The notes under the pieces are model-generated. The model was not told where the DNA came from, ran no database searches, and saw nothing but the letters and a program-made list of their open reading frames with translations. The position numbers and the translations under genes were made by a program. Of a DNA stretch of 41,632 nt, positions 33,355 through 39,303 are shown in pieces. The stretch is from a virus: positions 1-41,632 of the IMG/VR virus record IMGVR_UViG_3300045988_015973; one strand, written 5' to 3'. Numbering within the stretch: position 1 is the stretch's first letter; every line of letters begins with the position of its first letter.

Positions 33355-33808
33355 AGGCGGAGACCTCCCGTAAAATGGACGTGGTAGCACGTATCCAGCC
33401 GACATTGGGAACGAGAAGATCGATGACCAGCGAGATCGCGACAAGGGCGAGGATGGAGACGAGGATGATGGTGACGATGCGGTGCGTGCGAAGGGAGCGA
33501 TTATAAAGCTCAATCTCACGCTTGTAGTGGTCGCGCTCCAAGTGGACGGCCTGCAAAGCGTCAGAAGAAGGAGCGGGATGCTCGATCCCGAGGTATTCGT
33601 CGACGGAGACGCCGAGCATTTTGCAGATCGGGCCAAACGTGGAGAGCGGCGCATTCGGCGTTTCGCCGCGGAGATATTGGCCAACGGCGTTCTGGGACAG
33701 GCCGGATCGTTCGGCCAGCTGCTGGTTGGTGATACGCGGATTTGCGGAATCTTTCTTGTCACGGCATAGCTCCCATAGTTCTTGTTTCAAATTTTCTCCC
33801 TCTTTCAT
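33347..33808 (-). CDS. XRE-family HTH protein with C-terminal transmembrane anchor
   Basis: HTH reads ITNQQLAERSGLSQNAVGQYLRG and the TM reads IVTIILVSILALVAISLVIDLLV. Overlaps the integrase start by 8 nt. The start is uncertain (33808, 33826 or 33940). Confidence 0.6.
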   Translation of the reverse strand: MKEGENLKQELWELCRDKKDSANPRITNQQLAERSGLSQNAVGQYLRGETPNAPLSTFGPICKMLGVSVDEYLGIEHPAPSSDALQAVHLERDHYKREIELYNRSLRTHRIVTIILVSILALVAISLVIDLLVPNVGWIRATTSILREVSAYA

Positions 33809-34052
33809 TGATTTCCCAACGGACATGGACACGGAAGCCCATGGCCGATGGTCGACAAATTTGGTGCGTTCGTGGTAGGCTAAACCTGCAAGCAGCTCCC
33901 ACACGCTTGCAGCGGCCCAAAGTCCCGCCGCCGGGAACATGGCGGCGGGGCATCTCTTGATACTTCCAGTATAGGACGAATCTGGAAACGATTCAAGTTA
34001 GGATGTTGCACAAAAAATCGACCATGTTTTTTGGAAAGAGAAAGGCGAAGGG

Positions 34053-34169
34053 ATGGAAAAAATGTCGAAAACCGTAGACGAGGAAATGCAGAAGCTATGG
34101 GAACAGGCCACGCCGGAGCAGAAGTACATCATTGTTGGGTTCATGCGGAACATCGTAAAGACAGAATAA
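34053..34169 (+). CDS. Possible 38-aa ORF (MEKMSKTVDEEMQKLWEQATPEQKYIIVGFMRNIVKTE)
   Basis: Below the ORF-track length cutoff. Has a weak SD and ends directly at a hairpin terminator. Confidence 0.3.
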   Translation: MEKMSKTVDEEMQKLWEQATPEQKYIIVGFMRNIVKTE

Positions 34170-34200
34170 ACGCCCGGAGCGAATCACCGCTTCGGGCGTT
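34169..34200. terminator. Bidirectional hairpin terminator
   Basis: 13-bp stem aacgcccggagcg / cgcttcgggcgtt (one G-U pair) with loop aatcac. A U-rich run follows on the minus strand. Confidence 0.6.
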
Positions 34201-34717
34201 AGGACTTATTTTTAGCCATTTCGAACAAATCGGATGTAAAGCCAATGATGCGTTTTGCAGTATCGACAAATGGGGCTTCGTAATAATCGAGCCAACGATC
34301 AAGCGGAGAGCCTATCACACCGTTTATTTCGTTGGGGGAATCTTTTTCAAAAGCATCACTTTCAGCCATCCAAAGAGTGAATGAAACAGAAGATTCTTTG
34401 CCGACAGTATAGTGACGCTTATAGTTGTCACTATACAGTTCGTAGACCTTTAACAAACCAGACGGGTTATCAAATTGTTGAAGTTTTTCGTTCAAATATG
34501 AAATGAAAAAATCTTCTGCTTCAAACTGAACTAACAAGTCGGAAATTATGGCATAAAATGCGGAGTGCAATACCAAAGACGACCAAACAGAAGAAGGAAG
34601 AAAATTGATTGCAGTGAGTTGGTCAATTTGCATTAAGATATAATCACACACCGTCTCGGCTGCAATTTGTATGGAAGGCTTCTGCGGTTGTTTCCGCTTT
34701 TTGAAAAACGAGAACAT
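34199..34717 (-). CDS. Hypothetical protein encoded on a low-GC moron
   Basis: 172 aa and clearly AT-richer than its flanks. Has its own promoter and terminator. No recognisable motif. Confidence 0.7.
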   Translation of the reverse strand: MFSFFKKRKQPQKPSIQIAAETVCDYILMQIDQLTAINFLPSSVWSSLVLHSAFYAIISDLLVQFEAEDFFISYLNEKLQQFDNPSGLLKVYELYSDNYKRHYTVGKESSVSFTLWMAESDAFEKDSPNEINGVIGSPLDRWLDYYEAPFVDTAKRIIGFTSDLFEMAKNKS

Positions 34718-34747
34718 ATCAGCACTCCGTGTATATATGATGAATTT

Positions 34748-34776
34748 ATCTTAGAAAAAGAAATAGGAACTTTCAA
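34748..34776 (-). promoter_or_regulatory. Promoter of the low-GC moron
   Basis: On the minus strand: TTGAAA, 17-nt spacer, TAAGAT, about 30 nt upstream of ATG 34717. Confidence 0.5.
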
Positions 34777-34798
34777 GTTGGAATATTGCACAAAAAAT

Positions 34799-34825
34799 AC
34801 CGGAAGCATTTTACTTGCTTCCGGT
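34799..34825 (-). terminator. Intrinsic terminator of the repressor gene
   Basis: Stem accggaagca / tgcttccggt is 10 bp, and the loop contains the repressor stop codon. T6 follows on the minus strand and T8 on the plus strand. Confidence 0.7.
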
Positions 34826-35176
34826 GATTTTTTTTGCGTATTCGAGAATGTTGTCCCAAAACTCCGGGGGCATGTCGAGGGCGGCGGCGATGCCGCGCTT
34901 GCGGGTGGATTCATCGGCTTCGGCCAGCACGTCGTTGAACAGCATGGCCATACGCTCGTTTTCACTGCGCTGGACGTACATCGGCTCCGTGCCGTCGCGC
35001 AGCCACGCGAGGGAGATATTAAACTCCCGGCAGATGTCCGAAATTGTGCGGTCACTGGGGGTACGCTCGCCTTTTTCAATCATCCATATATAGTTTTGGG
35101 ACAAGCCTATTTTTGCGCCAAATTCGGCCTGTGAGAGTTTCAAGGCGTTTCGAAGTTGGCGTATGCGTTCGTTCAT
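34811..35176 (-). CDS. CI-like XRE-family repressor
   Basis: IRQLRNALKLSQAEFGAKIGLSQNYIWMIEKGERTPS is an HTH_3 pattern. Divergent from the Cro-like gene. SD ggaggtga. Confidence 0.8.
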   Translation of the reverse strand: MNERIRQLRNALKLSQAEFGAKIGLSQNYIWMIEKGERTPSDRTISDICREFNISLAWLRDGTEPMYVQRSENERMAMLFNDVLAEADESTRKRGIAAALDMPPEFWDNILEYAKKITGSK

Positions 35177-35196
35177 TAAATCACCTCCATGGCAAC

Positions 35197-35225
35197 ATCA
35201 TACAACCGCGGTCTAACTGTGTCAA
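35197..35225 (-). promoter_or_regulatory. Repressor (PRM-like) promoter
   Basis: On the minus strand: TTGACA, 17-nt spacer, TATGAT, about 20 nt upstream of the SD. Confidence 0.6.
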
Positions 35226-35299
35226 TAAAAATTTGAAAATTTCACAAAAAAGATATTGACAAAACCTAACTACGGTGTTACTCTGTACTCACAAGTTAG
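35213..35299. promoter_or_regulatory. Three CTAACT/AGTTAG operator-like half-sites
   Basis: CTAACT at 35213-35218 (inside the PRM spacer) and 35266-35271 (inside the PR spacer). AGTTAG at 35294-35299, just after the PR -10. Confidence 0.4.
35256..35284 (+). promoter_or_regulatory. Early rightward (PR-like) promoter
   Basis: TTGACA, 17-nt spacer, (TGt)TACTCT. Confidence 0.55.
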
Positions 35300-35346
35300 A
35301 AAACTAGTGATAAGAGAAGAGCGTGCGGGGAAAAAGAAAACACACG

Positions 35347-35387
35347 CATGGAACCATCATACGTGCATTTCCCTCCATGTTTTTTTA
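35347..35387 (+). terminator. Terminator/attenuator-like hairpin plus T7 in the PR leader
   Basis: Stem catgga / tccatg is 6 bp with a 21-nt loop, followed by TTTTTTT. The stem is weak. Confidence 0.35.
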
Positions 35388-35562
35388 CCAGAACGCGCTG
35401 CACCGCCACGCCCCACATTCTTCATGTGGTGATACGGCCCATTTTTTATACAGGGTATGTTCCTGTGTGGCTGTACCGGATAAGACGATGGCAGACATGA
35501 ATGGTTCTCATGCTTCTGTGGCGCGCCGCTTCACTTTGGCAGTTATGGCTCTGCCCCTTGCC

Positions 35563-35619
35563 CTATCGCATGACGCCGGGGTTCCGGTCTGGAACGGGCA
35601 AGGTCAAAAGTTTGGTCAT
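35563..35619 (-). CDS. Possible 18-aa micro-ORF (MTKLLTLPVPDRNPGVMR)
   Basis: A perfect SD AAAGGAGGTG lies 5 nt upstream of the ATG on the minus strand, downstream of the candidate promoter at 35661-35689. Very short, so speculative. Confidence 0.2.
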   Translation of the reverse strand: MTKLLTLPVPDRNPGVMR

Positions 35620-35660
35620 ACGACCACCTCCTTTGAGATTGCCACAGCGGGCATGACAAC

Positions 35661-35689
35661 AGAGTACCATAGCTGCAAAGTGAAGTCAA
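35661..35689 (-). promoter_or_regulatory. Candidate leftward promoter inside the PR leader (PRE-like/antisense)
   Basis: On the minus strand: TTGACT, 17-nt spacer, (TGg)TACTCT. Confidence 0.4.
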
Positions 35690-35717
35690 CAAAATTAACA
35701 GAAGGAGACAGCACAAA

Positions 35718-35909
35718 ATGCCGGAAGAATGGACGGGCAGACTCATCGGAGAGATGCACAACGCAGACATCAGCCGGGCGGAGGTCGCCAAAGAACTTGG
35801 CGTGTCGACCGCGTATGTGACGATGGTTCTGAATGGAATACGGACACCGGAGGGCGCGGAAGAAAGACTGCGCGCTGCGTTTGAGCGGGTCAGAAGTAAA
35901 AAGGAATAA
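35718..35909 (+). CDS. Cro-like HTH protein
   Basis: 63 aa. The HTH reads ISRAEVAKELGVSTAYVTMVLNG. SD gaaggag. Confidence 0.7.
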   Translation: MPEEWTGRLIGEMHNADISRAEVAKELGVSTAYVTMVLNGIRTPEGAEERLRAAFERVRSKKE

Positions 35910-35925
35910 AACGAGTGAGGTGAAG

Positions 35926-36357
35926 TCAATGAAAAAGAGACGCGATCCAAGCGAAGAGCTGGGTGTGATGCTCAACGAGGACACCGAGGATGAAGACTAT
36001 AAGATGTTCAAATATCGCTGCTATTGCCAGCACATTGCTAAACTTCTTCTGACGTTTTTCCTCGGCATGCTGTTTCGCTTCCTTCTCGGCGAGTTGTAGA
36101 CGCTCTTTCGCCTCCTTTTGGAGGGAGACAAGAAGCTCCGCGCCGGACTGCTCCAACTGGACGTAGGAGCCAGACGAGAAGCTGCCGGAAATGAGACGCT
36201 GGCCGCGCATGGTTTGCAGAAGGACTTTCGTCTGGACAGCATCGAGGCCGGAAAGCGAGATGGTCTGATTCATCAGGTCGACAAATTGCATACACCCGCC
36301 GACACCGGAGAGCAGGGCCAGCGGGATATAACGGGAATCTGTTACATGCTCTAACAT
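35926..36357 (-). CDS. Hypothetical protein: wHTH-like N-terminus, coiled coil, C-terminal TM (convergent with the early operon)
   Basis: ATG at 36357 follows ggagg, inside track ORF 35926..36516. Has its own near-consensus promoter. Confidence 0.55.
   Translation of the reverse strand: MLEHVTDSRYIPLALLSGVGGCMQFVDLMNQTISLSGLDAVQTKVLLQTMRGQRLISGSFSSGSYVQLEQSGAELLVSLQKEAKERLQLAEKEAKQHAEEKRQKKFSNVLAIAAIFEHLIVFILGVLVEHHTQLFAWIASLFH
35929..36099 (+). CDS. Possible 56-aa ORF overlapping the convergent gene on the opposite strand
   Basis: SD gaggtga lies 5 nt upstream and the ORF starts 19 nt after the Cro-like stop. It overlaps the 3' end of 35926..36357(-) completely. Only one of the two may be real. 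Confidence 0.3.
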   Translation: MKKRRDPSEELGVMLNEDTEDEDYKMFKYRCYCQHIAKLLLTFFLGMLFRFLLGEL

Positions 36358-36379
36358 GCGATCGCCTCCATTTGACTGT

Positions 36380-36407
36380 ATTTTACCATGCAGACGGGAG
36401 GTGTCAA
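36380..36407 (-). promoter_or_regulatory. Promoter for 35926..36357
   Basis: On the minus strand: TTGACA, 16-nt spacer, (TGg)TAAAAT. Confidence 0.55.
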
Positions 36408-36436
36408 GAAGGAATGAAGCGAGTGAGGTGAGGGAT

Positions 36437-36580
36437 ATGTCGGAAGAACAGAAGAAGAAAGTCGAGGGTGTGCTGCACGAGATGAAGCACATGAACGCGC
36501 AGCAGATCGAGGTCATGATCGCCTATATGCAGGGCGTGGCTGCGGCGGCAAAGCTGATGTGCGAGCGGAAGGAGCAGTAA
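36437..36580 (+). CDS. Hypothetical 47-aa protein
   Basis: ATG 36437 follows gaggtgaggg, inside track ORF 36356..36580. Confidence 0.5.
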   Translation: MSEEQKKKVEGVLHEMKHMNAQQIEVMIAYMQGVAAAAKLMCERKEQ

Positions 36581-36623
36581 TCGCTCCGGCGGAATAGAAT
36601 ACACGGAAAGGGAGGGACGCAGG

Positions 36624-36827
36624 ATGCGGAAAAAACAGGTGATCCGAACGGAAAGCTATGTGACGAAAAACGGGCAGTTGGTTCGCTTTGACGATTTGAC
36701 GCTCGAGGAAAAGCGGATCGCGGCGACGGAGCTGAAGCTGCGGTATCTGCGGGCGATGTTCCCGGGCGTGGAGTTCTATGTGAAGAAAGAGAGGGACGCT
36801 GATGCACTACACGCTGCGGGTGAATGA
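36624..36827 (+). CDS. Hypothetical protein
   Basis: 67 aa with SD gggaggg. Confidence 0.55.
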   Translation: MRKKQVIRTESYVTKNGQLVRFDDLTLEEKRIAATELKLRYLRAMFPGVEFYVKKERDADALHAAGE

Positions 36828-37002
36828 GAAACAATTTGGCGACCTGATCGCCGCGATCATCTGTGCGGAGGCTGCGGAGGCCGAGGCCATTGAGCTGTTC
36901 CACGACAAGAAAGAGCTGCGGGAGCGGGCGGCGGAGAGCATGACGCGGCTGGGTAAGCTGCGGTATTACTTACAAAAGGAAAAGGAGCGGGATGTAGTAT
37001 GA
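36802..37002 (+). CDS. Hypothetical protein
   Basis: 66 aa. Overlaps its neighbours in operon style. Confidence 0.5.
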   Translation: MHYTLRVNEKQFGDLIAAIICAEAAEAEAIELFHDKKELRERAAESMTRLGKLRYYLQKEKERDVV

Positions 37003-37202
37003 TCTCGAAAAAAGAACATGACAACGCGAGGGTACGGGTCTTGCGGAGGCTGGCACTGATCGCGAGCGGCGGCTGCTTTATGGCGATGGGCTTTTACGTT
37101 GGGTTCGGGATTTACTGGGGCGGCGCGCTGCTTGCGTTCGCGACGGTGGCGTGCCTCGGCTATGCGCTGGGCGGCAGCGAGGAAGACGGCGATGCGATAT
37201 AA
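36999..37202 (+). CDS. Small two-TM membrane protein
   Basis: 67 aa with ATGA overlap. Two hydrophobic helices. Confidence 0.55.
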   Translation: MISKKEHDNARVRVLRRLALIASGGCFMAMGFYVGFGIYWGGALLAFATVACLGYALGGSEEDGDAI

Positions 37203-37443
37203 CGAGGTGCCGACGGCGTGCAGACCGAAGAAGCCGGAGATTGTCCGGCAGCCGGAATACACCGGAAAGAAATACTTTCGCGTGCAATACGCAGGGCAGA
37301 CCGTGGATGTGCGGTGCGCGGATGAGACGGCGGCGCTGTTTTTCGCGGCGAAACACTGGGGCTTCAAGTGGACGCGGCCGGAATACCACCAGACGGCAAA
37401 AGTGACGATGCTGCGGATGGATCCGGAGCTGGTGATCGGATAA
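37192..37443 (+). CDS. Hypothetical protein
   Basis: ATG 37192 lies inside track ORF 37099..37443 (MRYNEVPTAC...). Confidence 0.5.
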   Translation: MRYNEVPTACRPKKPEIVRQPEYTGKKYFRVQYAGQTVDVRCADETAALFFAAKHWGFKWTRPEYHQTAKVTMLRMDPELVIG

Positions 37444-37455
37444 GGAGAAGGCAAG

Positions 37456-37629
37456 ATGCAATATAGAATCCGGCGCATATGGCTGAAAAACTCGGCAGAG
37501 ATCGAAAAAGAGGCCAAACGGACGGAAATCATCGTCTGGCCGAGCAAGAATCTGCGAGTTGGTGGAATCTATCAGCTGCGGAGCGGGAAGCTTTATAGGG
37601 TCGAGGAACGGATGGAGGATCGAGCATGA
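37456..37629 (+). CDS. Hypothetical 57-aa protein
   Basis: Below the track length cutoff. SD aaggagaagg. ATGA overlap with the DUF1064 gene. Confidence 0.45.
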   Translation: MQYRIRRIWLKNSAEIEKEAKRTEIIVWPSKNLRVGGIYQLRSGKLYRVEERMEDRA

Positions 37630-38078
37630 GCGGATTGCGATTTGACAGCATGGCGGACATGCCCGCCGGGATGCGGGATCTGTACGCGAAGAAGATCCTT
37701 GGCGGGATGCCGCAGGAGATGCCGACACCGGAGAAGAAAGCGGCCAAGTATCAGAACCAGAAGGCTGAGCGCGGGGGGATTCACTTTGACAGCCAGAAGG
37801 AAGCGCGGCGCTATGACGAGCTGCTGCTGATGCTGCGCGCCGGGGAGATTCGCGATCTACGGCTGCAACCGCAATTCACAATTCAGGAATCCTATGTGAC
37901 GGAGACCGGGGAGCGGGTACGCGCGATCCGGTACACGGCGGACTTTTCATACATCCGGGAAGTGTCCGGCGAGAAGATCGTGGAGGATGTGAAGAGCGGA
38001 CCGACACGGACGAAGGAATATCTACGGAACAGGAAGTTTATGCGGTCGATGTATGGGATCGACGTGCGGGAGGTGTAG
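37626..38078 (+). CDS. DUF1064 family protein (PD-(D/E)xK-type nuclease, resolvase-like)
   Basis: KYQNQKAERGGIHFDSQKEARRYDELLLMLRAGEIRDLRLQPQF...IRYTADFSY...VEDVKS matches the DUF1064 pattern closely. Confidence 0.8.
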   Translation: MSGLRFDSMADMPAGMRDLYAKKILGGMPQEMPTPEKKAAKYQNQKAERGGIHFDSQKEARRYDELLLMLRAGEIRDLRLQPQFTIQESYVTETGERVRAIRYTADFSYIREVSGEKIVEDVKSGPTRTKEYLRNRKFMRSMYGIDVREV

Positions 38079-38081
38079 ACA

Positions 38082-38288
38082 ATGGGAATGAAACCGCTGG
38101 AACAGCTGGATCACTGCCTGTTGGGGAAAGACGCAAGATTTGCAGAGTGCAGGATGGAGTGTGCGCACTGCGGCTGGAACGACGAGGAGGCGGAGCGGCG
38201 GAGACACATTCCGCTGAAATGGTGCGAGGACGGGCTGCGGCGGAAGATTTTGCCGCCGAGACCGCGCACTGATGAACTGGGCAACTGA
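38082..38288 (+). CDS. Cys-rich hypothetical protein
   Basis: 68 aa with SD gaggtg. Confidence 0.55.
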   Translation: MGMKPLEQLDHCLLGKDARFAECRMECAHCGWNDEEAERRRHIPLKWCEDGLRRKILPPRPRTDELGN

Positions 38289-38300
38289 GCCGGATCTACA

Positions 38301-38652
38301 TTTTTTTGTGGGCGTATGCGCAGGCCGCGCCGCCATTCGCGGCCTGCGGAGGATCAACCGGCTTTTTGCTGCGCGTCCGGAGCATGGACAAGTCAGACGG
38401 CCCAATGCTCCGGGCAGCGTATGAACCCGTGTGAGACGTGCGGGAAAGGAACGTCATCCAATGCGCCGAAGATCCACGGCGCACGGCATCTGGCCTCCTA
38501 GGAGAAGCTGCGCGACGCAGATAGGCGCGGCTCGCCCAGGATTTTTTGGGAACACTGGGCGCAGACGGGGAAGGGCCGTCTCTGCTGCCACGGCGCGAAG
38601 GGAACCGCGCCGTGGCATGACCATATTCCAAACGCCAGGGAGGGCGAAAAAA
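38301..38652. other. ORF-free cluster of long perfect GC-rich hairpins (structured RNA or ssDNA element)
   Basis: Stems: 38319-38348 (11 bp), 38375-38415 (9 to 11 bp), 38462-38483 (7 bp), 38533-38561 (7 bp), 38561-38585 (8 bp with a bulge), 38586-38617 (12 bp). A possible closing helix pairs T7/GGCGT at 38301-38315 with ACGCC/A6 at 38632-38652. Confidence 0.5.
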
Positions 38653-38668
38653 TAAAGGAGACGAGACT

Positions 38669-39025
38669 ATGGGAAGAATTATGACGGTATTTGACATCGA
38701 TTTTGGAAAATACGAAGAGAAATGTCACGCGCATCACATGGAAGTCGAGTTCAACAGTGACGTCTATCCGCCGCGGATTGTCCTGACACAGGAACAGACG
38801 TTGTTCGATGTTGGGACGCAACAGGAGCAGACGCGGGAGACGGAGATCGTGGTCGTGGGCGGCGTGGAGCCGCAGATCACGGTGAAGGGCGCATGGGAGA
38901 CCACGCGGAAGCGGCTGAACAAGATGGTGACAGGGGCGCTGAAGCTGCTGGAACTCTATCTGCACGCCTATATGCAAGATCACATGGAGTATGAAGCGGC
39001 CAGAGAAGGAGGCCGGGAAGCATGA
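38669..39025 (+). CDS. Hypothetical protein
   Basis: 118 aa with SD aaaggag. Confidence 0.6.
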   Translation: MGRIMTVFDIDFGKYEEKCHAHHMEVEFNSDVYPPRIVLTQEQTLFDVGTQQEQTRETEIVVVGGVEPQITVKGAWETTRKRLNKMVTGALKLLELYLHAYMQDHMEYEAAREGGREA

Positions 39026-39303
39026 AGTGCAGGCAGTGCGGGAAAGAAATTCAACGCAAGGGAGCGATCTTCAATTCCTTTTGCAGCGAACAGTGTTCGG
39101 AGGAATGGTACAAGGATGACAACATTGCCGTCACGGTGATCTGCGTGAAGGTTCCGAGGATCTACAAGGAACTGCGGCCAAGGCTGGGTGAGATGATCCA
39201 CGCGGTGAAGCGGAAGAGCTATAACAGCACGGGCTACATCTTTGAGCGGGCCGGGAAAAAGGTGCTGCTGCGGGCGGATGAGGTTGTGGAGGTGGCGGGG
39301 TGA
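39022..39303 (+). CDS. Zinc-ribbon hypothetical protein
   Basis: Reads MKCRQCGKEI...FCSEQCSEEW. ATGA overlap with the upstream gene. Confidence 0.6.
   Translation: MKCRQCGKEIQRKGAIFNSFCSEQCSEEWYKDDNIAVTVICVKVPRIYKELRPRLGEMIHAVKRKSYNSTGYIFERAGKKVLLRADEVVEVAG

Noticed and set aside
31909-33762. 617-aa version of the integrase ORF (N-terminal 136-aa extension)
   Set aside because: The extension is low-complexity Ser/Pro/Arg and overlaps the XRE-TM gene in another frame. The conserved serine-recombinase N-terminus (AAYVRVSTDDQ) begins right after the internal ATG at 33354.
34031-34384. 117-aa plus-strand ORF across the moron terminator
   Set aside because: The N-terminus is Arg-rich and unconvincing. 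It reads through a 13-bp terminator hairpin and is antisense to the better-supported 34199..34717 gene. A 38-codon ORF in another frame fits the signals better.
35323-35820. 165-aa plus-strand ORF covering the PR leader, with a signal-peptide-like stretch RRFTLAVMALPLALSHDA
   Set aside because: It has no SD before any of its ATGs, and its third-position GC is only about 53% by hand count, versus above 70% in real genes here. It overlaps the Cro-like gene out of frame. It is treated as non-coding leader.
38508-38520. Short 5-bp stem, 3-nt loop hairpin (ctgcg-cga-cgcag) as an N4-type ssDNA hairpin promoter
   Set aside because: This is only a geometric resemblance. There is no virion RNAP candidate and no repeated conserved flanks.
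38296-38697. ORFs 38316..38501(+), 38431..38655(+) and 38296..38697(-) in the hairpin island
   Set aside because: Their translations are rich in Arg, Pro, Ala and Gly, and they have no SD. Each ORF is built from the arms of the GC hairpins. A decayed zinc-ribbon gene (MNPCETCGKG...) cannot be fully excluded and is mentioned under the finding.
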